Below are positions 33,267-43,138 of a DNA stretch of 64,000 bases, piece by piece. The translations under genes and the position numbers were made by a program. Below the pieces are notes generated by a model. It was given only the letters and a program-made list of their open reading frames with translations, did not search any database and had not been told where the DNA came from. Positions within the stretch are counted from its first letter, which is position 1. The number at the start of each line of letters is the position of its first letter. The stretch lies in sequence record ON286972, one strand, 5' to 3'. This DNA is from Escherichia phage A4.

Positions 33267-33617
33267 ATGTTCAATAAAATCATGTTCATTTTAACATTTG
33301 TGTTTTTATCATTTATAAACACCGCACATACAGCACAGGCATCATCGGATGTACCGTTATATGAAACATACAAATTTGATTGCAGATTACAGAATAATGA
33401 AATAATCAATATCTTTTTACACAATACAGAAGTACCTTATTTGCAGATTGAAGCAACGAAGTACATGTATTATGGTACGAATTCAGTACAGGAATTTTTA
33501 TTCAAACACACCAATCAGGATGTAATTATATCATTGCAGTACGTTGATAGTTCATTGTCTTTAATGCATTTCAAGAATGCAGAGGGATTAGTTACAGTGC
33601 TCAAATGCTATAGGTAA
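33267..33617 (+). CDS. predicted secreted protein (signal peptide) with family B-like GTNxxQ segment
   Basis: MFNKIMFILTFVFLSFINTAHTAQA signal-like N-term; YYGTNSVQEF echoes family B motif. Confidence 0.6.
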   Translation: MFNKIMFILTFVFLSFINTAHTAQASSDVPLYETYKFDCRLQNNEIINIFLHNTEVPYLQIEATKYMYYGTNSVQEFLFKHTNQDVIISLQYVDSSLSLMHFKNAEGLVTVLKCYR

Positions 33618-33623
33618 TAATAT

Positions 33624-34139
33624 ATGAATGAAATTGAATTATTAACGCACAAGATTAGTACAATAATGCTTATGCTCAAAAATAATCATCCTATACATAA
33701 GTACATTGATATAGATGAATTACGCATAGAAGATAGGCATGGTAAATTATCGTTTATGTTTCACAATGCAAATAATGCAGGGAATGTTAACGTTTGTATT
33801 GCAGCATTTACCCAAGCCAATCCAGTACAAACATCTCCTGTTGTATACGAAAATAAAGAAGGGTATTTGTGGGTAAACACAAACGATTATTTCTTTTATG
33901 ATTTGAAACAAGATGATGAAGTAGAAGAACGAATTGATTTAATTGATATTAGTACAGATTGTAGTGCTGAATTATTTCAGAAATCGTTATTATATAGTCC
34001 TCGTCAAATGCATTATCTAAAGTTATTCAGTTCATTGTACGCGAATCCTTTAATTAAGGGTTTTAAATTTTATATAAAAGTTCCTGACATTCAAGCAGTT
34101 TATGATATTTTGATGCAAGGATATAGTTATGAAGTATAA
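33624..34139 (+). CDS. hypothetical acidic protein, family C
   Basis: motif AELFQKSLLY. Confidence 0.65.
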   Translation: MNEIELLTHKISTIMLMLKNNHPIHKYIDIDELRIEDRHGKLSFMFHNANNAGNVNVCIAAFTQANPVQTSPVVYENKEGYLWVNTNDYFFYDLKQDDEVEERIDLIDISTDCSAELFQKSLLYSPRQMHYLKLFSSLYANPLIKGFKFYIKVPDIQAVYDILMQGYSYEV

Positions 34140-34437
34140 AATGCTTTATACAAAAGATATGATTTATGTTGAATTAGAAGGCGATGAAGACGGTTGGAAT
34201 TTGATTTATTCAAGTAGTTCAGGTTGGTACATGGCACATTTAAATGATAACGAAGTTACAGATTATTTTGTAGATTTCAATACATTATCAGACGAAGAAT
34301 TGTTTCAACAGCAATTAGTGATTGACACGGGTGGTTATGATGTGTTATTATTAAAAAAGATACAGAAAGCTGTTATGAATTTTAATGCCCAAGTATCCGA
34401 ATGGGAAAGGAAATATTATGACCTCGAAGTACAATAA
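34129..34437 (+). CDS. hypothetical acidic protein, family C
   Basis: motif DEELFQQQLVID. Confidence 0.6.
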   Translation: MKYKMLYTKDMIYVELEGDEDGWNLIYSSSSGWYMAHLNDNEVTDYFVDFNTLSDEELFQQQLVIDTGGYDVLLLKKIQKAVMNFNAQVSEWERKYYDLEVQ

Positions 34438-34786
34438 TACATTTGATATTAATAAGTTAACAGAATGGTTTTATAATATTGAAATTGAAGCTATTCCGTA
34501 TCACAAGTACGAACAACGTGATTTGCGTAGTATAGATATTCGTGAGTTGTACGAGTATTATCAGAGTGCATTAGAGATGCATAAGATATTTTTGAGTACA
34601 GAATACATGACACGTTGTAATGATGCGTTTGATGAATTCAAGAAGAATGATAATTTAGTACAGAAATATGTAATAGCAAAGTACATGTACCTTCAGGGAA
34701 TTACAAGTATAGTGGAATTCAATACAGTTCTTGCTTTAGTTGAGATTATTTTATTATGCAAAAATGTAAAGTGGAATTTAGTTTAG
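34418..34786 (+). CDS. hypothetical protein
   Basis: ATG 34418 after AAAGGAAA SD; no family motif. Confidence 0.55.
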   Translation: MTSKYNNTFDINKLTEWFYNIEIEAIPYHKYEQRDLRSIDIRELYEYYQSALEMHKIFLSTEYMTRCNDAFDEFKKNDNLVQKYVIAKYMYLQGITSIVEFNTVLALVEIILLCKNVKWNLV

Positions 34787-35253
34787 AGAGTGCTGTACAG
34801 TACGTTAAGTACATTGAAGGTGTATACAATATAATGAAAGCATATGAAGGAAAAGGATATGCTTCAATAAATCACAAATATGATTACATCAACAATCAGT
34901 TAGAAGAATCAAATTCAGGTAAAGTGCTTTTTAGTTTTTTATATTTTGCTCCTGACAATGTATATCCTGATGAAGATGATCTTCGTCTGGATAGAGATGA
35001 CCTGTGGTATATGTATCCAGGACGTGATAAGCCAATGGATGATGCTTTGTTGGAAATCAAATACAGTACAGAACCATTGACACCGGAGTTGTGGTTCCAG
35101 TACAGTACAATACATGAAGAAATTGATATCTTTTTCTACGCAATATACAAGATGCTTTATGAGAATGGTGTGCTTAAGAATCATGTATATTTTTATTTCC
35201 AGCAAATGAAAAATGTATATGAGTCCTTTTACCCAACCGAGCCTGTATCGTAA
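34756..35253 (+). CDS. hypothetical acidic protein, family C
   Basis: motif PELWFQYSTIHEE. Confidence 0.6.
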   Translation: MQKCKVEFSLESAVQYVKYIEGVYNIMKAYEGKGYASINHKYDYINNQLEESNSGKVLFSFLYFAPDNVYPDEDDLRLDRDDLWYMYPGRDKPMDDALLEIKYSTEPLTPELWFQYSTIHEEIDIFFYAIYKMLYENGVLKNHVYFYFQQMKNVYESFYPTEPVS

Positions 35254-35278
35254 GATATGGGCTTTTTTCGTTTTGGTA

Positions 35279-35307
35279 TTGACATAGAAGACCAAAGCTG
35301 TTATCAT
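35279..35307 (+). promoter_or_regulatory. sigma70-like internal promoter in family C array
   Basis: TTGACA 35279-35284, 17 bp, TATCAT 35302-35307; AAAGGAGA SD then ATG 35334. Confidence 0.55.
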
Positions 35308-35333
35308 GTGTATTCATTTTAAAGGAGACATTT

Positions 35334-35858
35334 ATGGCGAGTTTCATGATCCCAAGTACATACGAAGATGCATCAAGTGCAGTGTATAAGGTTCATTATA
35401 TTTTTAATTTAATTATTAGTGCATCAAAAAATAAAATGTATGCACCTCTTGTGAAATATGATAAAAATGAGGAAATTTTTGTTAGCACAGAACAAACGAT
35501 TTTTCCATATTTCAAAGAAGATAGATTGTGGTTCATGCATTCAGTCGTATTACAAAGATATAATATAACAAGGTCCAATGAGCATGATTATTTGGATATA
35601 CAATTAGATCAACCCGATATTGGAGAGGATGAATATTTTCAGTACAGCACAGTACACCACCATGAAGATATCTTTGCTGCTATGCTTATTGCTAAATTGA
35701 ACACCGTTGATTTGGAGCAGCACAAATACAATAATAAATCATGTAAGATCATAATCCCTGCATTCATTGCTCTTTATGATTACATTGTGCATAACAAAAA
35801 AGATGATACCTATGCTTTCAATGAAGAGTATTTGGATTTTTTTAAGGAGAACATATGA
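35334..35858 (+). CDS. hypothetical acidic protein, family C
   Basis: motif EDEYFQYSTVHHHED. Confidence 0.7.
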   Translation: MASFMIPSTYEDASSAVYKVHYIFNLIISASKNKMYAPLVKYDKNEEIFVSTEQTIFPYFKEDRLWFMHSVVLQRYNITRSNEHDYLDIQLDQPDIGEDEYFQYSTVHHHEDIFAAMLIAKLNTVDLEQHKYNNKSCKIIIPAFIALYDYIVHNKKDDTYAFNEEYLDFFKENI

Positions 35859-36379
35859 GCAGTTCAACAATACAGAAAGCAATGACATTCAATGAAATTG
35901 GTGCATTTAAAGATAAGATTATTGATTGTATTGAATACGCGATTTGTAGTAATATCAAAAGTATAGAGGTATTTAACAAGTCAAATCGCTCTTACCATAT
36001 GATGTACATTGCAAACAATAATGGTATCATTCCATTTGTTTCGGATAGTACAATATGGTTCGCTTGCGATGTGAAAAAATACACAATAGGTTCATATGTC
36101 TTCGGTAAACATGGTGATCTAATTATTCCTGAGCATTGTATGCAAGAAGAAGAATATTTTCAAAAGCAATGTGTACATGAACCATTAGAGATGGTTGCTT
36201 TATATATGATACCTTATATCTCTAAATGTGTTCATGAGAATAAAGCTCCGTGGAATCATGAATTTGTATCGTTGAAGTTATTGTATAATGTTTTAGTACA
36301 ATATTATGATTACAGGCACAATGGTACAATCAGTGATGTATGGGATTTCGAAAATTTAAGGGTAAGTACATATGCATAA
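35855..36379 (+). CDS. hypothetical acidic protein, family C
   Basis: ATGA overlap; motif EEEYFQKQCVHE. Confidence 0.65.
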   Translation: MSSSTIQKAMTFNEIGAFKDKIIDCIEYAICSNIKSIEVFNKSNRSYHMMYIANNNGIIPFVSDSTIWFACDVKKYTIGSYVFGKHGDLIIPEHCMQEEEYFQKQCVHEPLEMVALYMIPYISKCVHENKAPWNHEFVSLKLLYNVLVQYYDYRHNGTISDVWDFENLRVSTYA

Positions 36380-37010
36380 TTTTCCCAGAAATGCTTCACC
36401 GTATGAGGTGATGAAGTTCATGGAGCCTCATGTTCCTTATATGTTTGAAATGCTAAAGAAGTTCAATGCTATTTTCCCTGAGAATTCAAAATTGGAGATT
36501 CCATTTGATTCCGCATCCAGATACAGTGCATCCTGTGGTAAATTAGTTTTAGTTATCGGTAGTGACAGAATTGGTTTCAGGGAAGTATTTGACACGTCAT
36601 TAGCATTTGGTATATTCGATAACAACAATAACATCACATACATTGACAAGTACATTTGCGACATAGCAGGTTCCTCTAAGCCTGATTCCTTTGTGGATTC
36701 AGTTGCAGATTATGGTGTTTCAAAAGATGGTAATGTAATAAGTACAAAGACGTTCATATCATTATCGTTAGAAGATGACATATGTTACATTGCAGGTCAA
36801 GAGTACGAGGGTGTAGAGGAAGTGCTTTTTCAAATGTCCTTAGTACAGAAGGATATGGTGGACCCTACCGAAATCCTGAAGTTGTGCAAATATGCGAATG
36901 AGTACAAGAAATTGATTGAACCTGGGTTTAGTTTCAGTGCACAGAGTCCACATTTTCAGATAAAAGTATATGAAGATTTCATTTTGAAGTTAAAAGAGAT
37001 TGTGTTATAA
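36372..37010 (+). CDS. hypothetical acidic protein, family C
   Basis: motif EEVLFQMSLVQKD. Confidence 0.65.
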   Translation: MHNFPRNASPYEVMKFMEPHVPYMFEMLKKFNAIFPENSKLEIPFDSASRYSASCGKLVLVIGSDRIGFREVFDTSLAFGIFDNNNNITYIDKYICDIAGSSKPDSFVDSVADYGVSKDGNVISTKTFISLSLEDDICYIAGQEYEGVEEVLFQMSLVQKDMVDPTEILKLCKYANEYKKLIEPGFSFSAQSPHFQIKVYEDFILKLKEIVL

Positions 37011-37062
37011 TACGCTATAACATGCAATAACACACAATACAACAAAGACGGGAGTGATTGAT

Positions 37063-37599
37063 ATGATCCAGCACAAACATTTTGAGTACGAGTTCGCTGA
37101 CAATTTAGTAAAAATCGTACAGGCGTTTGAGGCTGGGGATTTTGACCACATCTATCCTAAGCACAAGGAAGGATGGCTTGAGCCTAAGAGCGATATTGAA
37201 CAGTATCCCTCTATTGTGTATTACAGGAGAGATACGGTAATGCACGCTGTAGGTGAGAAGATGCAGTTAGAGTATTGTCTTTTGTTCAATGCTATTACAT
37301 CGGCTACATCAGCATCTGAAGAGTTCGCTCCAGTGAATTGGATTCGTTATTTGGATATGAGCAAGAGAGAGGAAGAAACCTTTTTTGGTTTAACAAAGCA
37401 CGTTGATATTGCAACCTTAAATCCTAACATCCTGAGTCCTGAAGAATATTTTCAGGAGTCCTTAGTACAAGATCCTTATGTTTTACAGGTGCAGCAAGTA
37501 TATAATGTATTACGTGCTAATGTGAAAACGAATTTCTTTTTAGCTTTAACGTGGTACGATAGGTTAGTAAAAGATCTCAAAGAGATTAAGGGGGAGTAA
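37063..37599 (+). CDS. hypothetical acidic protein, family C
   Basis: ATG 37063 after GGGAG SD (GTG 37054 alternative); motif PEEYFQESLVQD. Confidence 0.6.
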   Translation: MIQHKHFEYEFADNLVKIVQAFEAGDFDHIYPKHKEGWLEPKSDIEQYPSIVYYRRDTVMHAVGEKMQLEYCLLFNAITSATSASEEFAPVNWIRYLDMSKREEETFFGLTKHVDIATLNPNILSPEEYFQESLVQDPYVLQVQQVYNVLRANVKTNFFLALTWYDRLVKDLKEIKGE

Positions 37600-38165
37600 T
37601 GCTGGACCTTCAGGACATAGAAAGTACATGCAAAGTGATAGAAGATGATTTAGAATACATCAAGGGGTTGTATTTAATTGTAGATAGGATTTACAAAAAT
37701 CCGAATGCGTTTCAGGAAACGTACCAGCATGATAAATTTCGTCACGATGCAATCATTACGCTTATGTCGGATTTATCGATTTACGAAAGAAAATCCAACA
37801 AATCACATAGTGTATTATTTGTGAGTACAGATAGATTTTACAGTACAACATCAATTTGTTCAGATGTATCATGTGCATGGTTCAGTTCAAATGAATATAT
37901 AACAGTTAAAAATAATGGCGAAAATGAGAAATTAAAAGTAAGTGAGCTTATTGATTTGATGCCATATAGTCCTGATGTAGTGTTTCAGTACAGTACATTG
38001 CACGATTATAATTCAATACGATATCGTTATTTTGTTAAGCATTATTATGATACCTTCGGGGAGTTAACGGAGAAGTTAACGTTGAGATTTGACAGAGATA
38101 TCGATCTCGTTGCATTGAATCAGTACCTTCAGGAAGTGTTTGATATAAACGCGGAAAAGGGGTAA
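37599..38165 (+). CDS. hypothetical acidic protein, family C
   Basis: motif PDVVFQYSTLHD. Confidence 0.65.
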   Translation: MLDLQDIESTCKVIEDDLEYIKGLYLIVDRIYKNPNAFQETYQHDKFRHDAIITLMSDLSIYERKSNKSHSVLFVSTDRFYSTTSICSDVSCAWFSSNEYITVKNNGENEKLKVSELIDLMPYSPDVVFQYSTLHDYNSIRYRYFVKHYYDTFGELTEKLTLRFDRDIDLVALNQYLQEVFDINAEKG

Positions 38166-38379
38166 TTTTAAAATGATAAATATAGGCTTGTTTTTGGGGG
38201 CGTTTTGGGGGGTCAAAAAAATTTTCGCTGAAAAACATGTTAAGGTATATGTTTAATATAAAATTTTATATTGTGTTTTTCAGAGTACAGTTCATGTTTC
38301 CTTAAACAAAAAATACCCCCCGCCGCCGAACGTGCTCCTTATATTGGAGTTTACCTTATTAATTATAGTAGAGGTTATT

Positions 38380-38736
38380 ATGAGCAATGATTTTGCTATT
38401 CACAGTTTTTTCTACAAAAAGGTTGAGTTCTATTGTAATCTCGTTAAGGGTGATACCAATCATTCGTTGGACCAATATATTAAGTACACCTCAAATGGAT
38501 TTTCTTTTGTTGATTACGGTCGAGTTGGTGGTGGTGTTAATGAACCTATGCTGGACTATACAGAAATGGATGAGGCTACTCTATTTCAGGAATCATTAGT
38601 GTTCGATAAGAAATATATTTGTACACTAGATGAAGTTATTGGTATTCAGAATATCATGAAAGAATACTCTGCGAAGTGCATGATGGAATTAACTCAAGAT
38701 AAGCACAAGACTGTTCAGTGCTATTTCAATCTTTAG
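38380..38736 (+). CDS. hypothetical acidic protein, family C
   Basis: ATG 38380 after AGAGG; motif EATLFQESLVFD. Confidence 0.6.
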   Translation: MSNDFAIHSFFYKKVEFYCNLVKGDTNHSLDQYIKYTSNGFSFVDYGRVGGGVNEPMLDYTEMDEATLFQESLVFDKKYICTLDEVIGIQNIMKEYSAKCMMELTQDKHKTVQCYFNL

Positions 38737-38747
38737 GGGTCTTAACT

Positions 38748-39092
38748 ATGACATACAATGAATACCGTGAAATAGATCTTCTCCAGAATACATTATATGA
38801 AATTGAAGATTTAATGCACGGATGGACAAGTCTTTCTTTCTTTAATGAAATGTTCGAAGAAATAAAAGTAGTACTACAGAAAAAACATAATGGTACTAAA
38901 ATTAAAATAAAGACTTTCACTGGAGAAGTCTGGTGCGGAGAAATTGTGAAATACATTATAACTCGCAATAACGCATCATTCTGTTTGAATACTGGTCATT
39001 ACAGAAATCATTTCAACAATAGCAGTACTCAAGTTATTTCCGAGGAAGAATACAATGAGCACTGTAATAAACTTCTTAAGAGTAGATTCTAA
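38748..39092 (+). CDS. hypothetical protein, divergent family C-like
   Basis: Acidic EEEY stretch present but the FQ dyad is missing. Confidence 0.5.
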   Translation: MTYNEYREIDLLQNTLYEIEDLMHGWTSLSFFNEMFEEIKVVLQKKHNGTKIKIKTFTGEVWCGEIVKYIITRNNASFCLNTGHYRNHFNNSSTQVISEEEYNEHCNKLLKSRF

Positions 39093-39418
39093 TGAATACT
39101 AAAATATATGTTTCTTCAAGTACAATGGGAAGTGGTTTTACTTATACGTGCTTTTTTACTACATTGAATAAAACACCTATATTGATTATTCGTGATTTCA
39201 ATGAATGTAATATTGAGTACGTATCCAAAACAGATAAGCTTCCTAATTACATCGAATGTGAATACATGGAGAACTATGAAAGTTTTATATTTCAGGAATC
39301 ATTAGTATGGGATAAAGAAATCGATTTCTTTATGTACCTTGCATTACAAAAGTACTACAGAGATAACAAGGACAAAATAGTTCGTTCTTGCATTTATTCT
39401 ATTAATCTGGAGTACTGA
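39092..39418 (+). CDS. hypothetical acidic protein, family C
   Basis: motif ESFIFQESLVWD. Confidence 0.65.
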   Translation: MNTKIYVSSSTMGSGFTYTCFFTTLNKTPILIIRDFNECNIEYVSKTDKLPNYIECEYMENYESFIFQESLVWDKEIDFFMYLALQKYYRDNKDKIVRSCIYSINLEY

Positions 39419-39588
39419 TGCTTAAAAAAGAACAAATGGAATCATTAATGAATGCAGTTATTCGTCGTTTTGTTAAAGACATTAGTCATAAAAACTGTAT
39501 TACAAATGACAGGTACGGTATAGAATTGTATATAGCTAATATTCACATGGCGTACAGAGAATATATTAAGACACGTCACAGGGGTTGA
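39418..39588 (+). CDS. hypothetical small protein (56 aa)
   Basis: ATGA overlap; hand-translated MLKKEQMESLMNAVIRRF...TRHRG. Confidence 0.45.
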   Translation: MLKKEQMESLMNAVIRRFVKDISHKNCITNDRYGIELYIANIHMAYREYIKTRHRG

Positions 39589-39589
39589 A

Positions 39590-40072
39590 ATGAGTTTAGA
39601 AAGTGCATTGAAAGAAGCAAAGAAGATTCATGAGTACATGAATATGGCAAAAGAAGGTTCAGTTTACGGTATTTTCAAAGACACAAGTACTCAATATTAT
39701 GTCTCTGATAACCTCATTGATAATGACTTCCCAGATACAGAAACGTGCGTACTAGATACCGACCCTAATGATTATGAATGTTTCATTGATATGCATAATG
39801 AGTACATGGTCTATGTTAATGATGGAGATATTACCATCTACAGTACTGTCCACGATACCGATGACATTATAATTCCGTGTGCAGTACTGGATGGTCCTTG
39901 GGATAGTGAAGAGTATTACTTCCAACAAAGTACTGTATACAATGAAGAAGAACTTGATTGTATTGTAATTATGTGGTACTTTAAAAGTATTGGTTCTGAG
40001 AACTTCTATTTCGATTACAGATACGTAAAGAAAACTGTAGATAACGGTATTAATAAACTTCACAGGGGTTGA
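39590..40072 (+). CDS. hypothetical acidic protein, family C (subfamily MSLxSAL, copy 1)
   Basis: motif SEEYYFQQSTVYNEEE; closely related to next three genes. Confidence 0.7.
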   Translation: MSLESALKEAKKIHEYMNMAKEGSVYGIFKDTSTQYYVSDNLIDNDFPDTETCVLDTDPNDYECFIDMHNEYMVYVNDGDITIYSTVHDTDDIIIPCAVLDGPWDSEEYYFQQSTVYNEEELDCIVIMWYFKSIGSENFYFDYRYVKKTVDNGINKLHRG

Positions 40073-40073
40073 A

Positions 40074-40544
40074 ATGAGTTTAGAAAGAGCATTAGAGATT
40101 GCGAAGTTAATTGATTTATGCAGCAAAGAAATTGTATCAAATTGTCTCAATGGATATCTATTCAAGGAAGGTAAATCATATTGTCGAATGATATACGATG
40201 ACAGTAGTGAATATATTCATATGTATGAAGAAAATTTAGATTCTTCTGAAACAACACTCATTGGATGTGATGTTAATTTGGAAGATAATTACATGTACTT
40301 CTGTCGTGATGCTGATATTTTAATCCAAGATTCATTTATTCAAACAGGTGCACCAGAGGTATATATTCCGTATTCAGTACTGGATAATGACTGGGGAAGT
40401 GAAGAGTTCTACTTCCAGCAGAATACTATCTACGAGGAAGATGTGCTTGACAAGCTTGTCATTCTGTGGTACTTTAACAACACTGATTGTCCTAGCTTCT
40501 ATATGGACTTGGATCTATTACGAGTTATAAAAGAGGATATATGA
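40074..40544 (+). CDS. hypothetical acidic protein, family C (copy 2)
   Basis: motif SEEFYFQQNTIYEED; upstream junction cacaggggttgaaatgagtttagaa duplicated. Confidence 0.7.
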   Translation: MSLERALEIAKLIDLCSKEIVSNCLNGYLFKEGKSYCRMIYDDSSEYIHMYEENLDSSETTLIGCDVNLEDNYMYFCRDADILIQDSFIQTGAPEVYIPYSVLDNDWGSEEFYFQQNTIYEEDVLDKLVILWYFNNTDCPSFYMDLDLLRVIKEDI

Positions 40545-40984
40545 GTTTAGTAAGTGCACTTGAACTGGCACACAAAATACATCACTTCCACGATAACATA
40601 AAAAGTGGGTTCTATGGTGATAAAGTAAGTGCTTTTGGTAATGAGTATTATCTATCAGGTATAAAGACATACTCTGCTGATATTTTACTTATGGGTCATG
40701 ATAAAGACAATACTATACAGTACTCTTCATGTAGTCAATATACTAGTTTTATGGTATATATTCCAGGTACTAAGATTACTTTTGACACATCAAATTCACC
40801 TGTTGACTTCGGGGTACTTGATGGCCCGTGGGGTACTGAAGAGTATTACTTCCAACAGAGTCTCATTTTTAACCAAGAAATGCTTGATTCCTTGGTTGTG
40901 TTGTGGTACTTTAAGGAATTGAATTTTGAACCATTCTTTCTTGACTGGGGAGCATGTGAATATTTAAGTACAGGGGATTTGTAA
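40541..40984 (+). CDS. hypothetical acidic protein, family C (copy 3)
   Basis: motif TEEYYFQQSLIFNQE. Confidence 0.7.
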   Translation: MSLVSALELAHKIHHFHDNIKSGFYGDKVSAFGNEYYLSGIKTYSADILLMGHDKDNTIQYSSCSQYTSFMVYIPGTKITFDTSNSPVDFGVLDGPWGTEEYYFQQSLIFNQEMLDSLVVLWYFKELNFEPFFLDWGACEYLSTGDL

Positions 40985-41439
40985 TGTCGTTACAAAGTGC
41001 ATTGAAAGAAGCAAAGAAGATTCATGAGTACATGATTAAGGTCAAAGGTGGAGAAATTCCAGGTATCTTCAAAATGTCAGAGACTGAATATTGCACGAAG
41101 AATATTGAGGATTTTGATGGTTCTGATACATTAGTACTGCAATGTGATGATTATGATCATGATAATTGTGGTTATAACCCTTTGTACTACTTTATCAATT
41201 ACTACCCAGGGTCAGATATAACCGTATACAACCCTGATTATTATGCTAAAGATTTGACAATTCCGTTTTCAGTACTGGATGGTCCGTGGGATAGTGAAGA
41301 GTATTACTTTCAGCAAAGTACTGTATATACTGAACATGAACTCGATACTCTGGTCATTATGTGGTACTTTAAAAGTATAGATTCAACATGTTTCTATATG
41401 GATTATGAATACATAGAGACACAGAAATATAAGAGGTAA
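40984..41439 (+). CDS. hypothetical acidic protein, family C (copy 4)
   Basis: motif SEEYYFQQSTVYTEHE. Confidence 0.7.
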   Translation: MSLQSALKEAKKIHEYMIKVKGGEIPGIFKMSETEYCTKNIEDFDGSDTLVLQCDDYDHDNCGYNPLYYFINYYPGSDITVYNPDYYAKDLTIPFSVLDGPWDSEEYYFQQSTVYTEHELDTLVIMWYFKSIDSTCFYMDYEYIETQKYKR

Positions 41440-41444
41440 TTGTA

Positions 41445-41891
41445 ATGTTTTTTTATTATTATGAAGTAAATGATAAGTTGGTTCAGGATATTGTACAAAT
41501 AATCAAGTACTTCAATGATAATCCTAACGTATTGGGTAGTGAGCTTGAATACGAGAAAGGTGGGTGTGTATATTTTACTTTCTGTGGTGGGTGCTCGGAA
41601 GAGCAATCATTTTTCAATTCTTATTCAAATTACATCTCCTATAATGCACTTGCAGACGAGTTGATTGTGGTACGTGACAGTAGTGATGACCGTACAGTGT
41701 ATACCAGAGAGACAATACAAAGTGTAGGTAATGAAGAAGGATACTTTCAATTGAGTACAGTACTGAATCATGAAGAACTACATGTATTACGTTTGTTTTA
41801 TCTTATTAGTACTATGAACTTGAAGCACGATCAGGTATACATTGATTTAGATTACTTTGAGTACTTACGTAAGATTAGTTCTAAAAAATAA
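41445..41891 (+). CDS. hypothetical acidic protein, family C
   Basis: motif EEGYFQLSTVLNHEE. Confidence 0.65.
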   Translation: MFFYYYEVNDKLVQDIVQIIKYFNDNPNVLGSELEYEKGGCVYFTFCGGCSEEQSFFNSYSNYISYNALADELIVVRDSSDDRTVYTRETIQSVGNEEGYFQLSTVLNHEELHVLRLFYLISTMNLKHDQVYIDLDYFEYLRKISSKK

Positions 41892-41901
41892 GTTCATGCT
41901 A

Positions 41902-41929
41902 TTGACAAGAGCCTGTACTGTGTTACAAT
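41902..41929 (+). promoter_or_regulatory. sigma70-like internal promoter
   Basis: TTGACA 41902-41907, 16 bp, TACAAT 41924-41929. Confidence 0.5.
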
Positions 41930-41963
41930 GCACAGTAATATTAATTAAAAAGGTGCACATGAA

Positions 41964-42497
41964 ATGATTATTAATGCTTACAATGCTGAGGAAATGCAGG
42001 AATTATCTCGTAAAATCAACATTATAGTTCCTTTGCTTAAGGATTGCAGTACTGGTTTGATTCCATCACGAGACATTATTAAAGAAGGATACTACCTACA
42101 GGCAGTCTATAAGGGTGGTACATTTCATCGTTGTCGTGTATTACGTGATGGCCTTCCTGCACTTACACTCATTGGTATTGGTATTGCCGTATGCGGTACG
42201 AACCGTTTGTACTTGAATGAAAAAAATCAAATCATGAATTTGTTTTATACAGGAAAAAGTACTGAATTATATTTTGGTATTCAGAACTGGTGGGATACCG
42301 TAAAGAGTAGTACTATTGAAATCCCGAAATACAATTACAACTCATTTGAAGAGCAGATGTTTCAATTGTCATGTACTGATGACATGTACATGATTCTACG
42401 TCTCTATATGGAGATGCAAATGAACTTCAGAAGTAATTTATACATTGATACTTCAACATTTGAATTCGAAGATGTATTCGTTGATGGTATATTATGA
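41964..42497 (+). CDS. hypothetical protein, family C
   Basis: motif EEQMFQLSCTDD. Confidence 0.65.
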   Translation: MIINAYNAEEMQELSRKINIIVPLLKDCSTGLIPSRDIIKEGYYLQAVYKGGTFHRCRVLRDGLPALTLIGIGIAVCGTNRLYLNEKNQIMNLFYTGKSTELYFGIQNWWDTVKSSTIEIPKYNYNSFEEQMFQLSCTDDMYMILRLYMEMQMNFRSNLYIDTSTFEFEDVFVDGIL

Positions 42498-42721
42498 AGT
42501 ATATTCCAAAACACCAGTACTACAGGATGTGTTCTGACATTTACACAAAATGGAATACATTTCATCCCCTTTTGAAGAAGAGGCGTCCATATCATGATTA
42601 TAAGTTGAATCATTTTCTTGGAACTAATTATCAAGAGGTTGTAATGAAAGATTACATTTTTAACCTTCAGAAATTAATTCAGAATAAAGTTCAAGGAAAG
42701 GGGGAGTCCACGTGGGTATAA
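42494..42721 (+). CDS. hypothetical small protein, family B (inside family C array)
   Basis: ATGA overlap; motif FLGTNYQEVV. Confidence 0.65.
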   Translation: MKYIPKHQYYRMCSDIYTKWNTFHPLLKKRRPYHDYKLNHFLGTNYQEVVMKDYIFNLQKLIQNKVQGKGESTWV

Positions 42722-42918
42722 GACACAGAGACATGCAAGATATTCTTAACCAATACAGTGCTCAAATGTTCACTGCAATCAGGTCTTCCAATCAAAATGA
42801 CGTGTCGGAATTACAGTTACTGATGTACATAGGGACACAATACCAGGAGGCTTCAGTTGAGACGTATATTAAGTACCTATTGGGTATTATAAGGATGAAA
42901 AATGGACAATACTTTTGA
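42712..42918 (+). CDS. hypothetical small protein, family B
   Basis: motif YIGTQYQEAS. Confidence 0.6.
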   Translation: MGIRHRDMQDILNQYSAQMFTAIRSSNQNDVSELQLLMYIGTQYQEASVETYIKYLLGIIRMKNGQYF

Positions 42919-43138
42919 ACAAGCACCAGCATCGGATTTTAGTTATGGGTTTATTATAGATATATTTTCTGGTACTGAAGCATCTGATATACCTCTTTAT
43001 ATCTTTGCTAATATGCGTTATATTTTTCGTATTGCAGAGGACAGTGATAAATCTGATATGTCTTTTATGATTAAAAAAATCATATACTTATCGTGCTATG
43101 AATATATGAATGAAATGAGCGAACACTATGACCTATGA
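42902..43138 (+). CDS. hypothetical protein
   Basis: 78-aa ORF; no family motif. Confidence 0.5.
   Translation: MDNTFEQAPASDFSYGFIIDIFSGTEASDIPLYIFANMRYIFRIAEDSDKSDMSFMIKKIIYLSCYEYMNEMSEHYDL

Noticed and set aside
38387-38599. Short alternative-frame plus-strand ORFs nested in longer genes (38387..38599, 40348..40530, 40698..40922, 51447..51647, 53272..53454, 57011..57298, 25859..26056, 63600..63785, 13457..13654)
   Set aside because: Fully contained within better-supported genes in another frame, with no SD and no family motifs.
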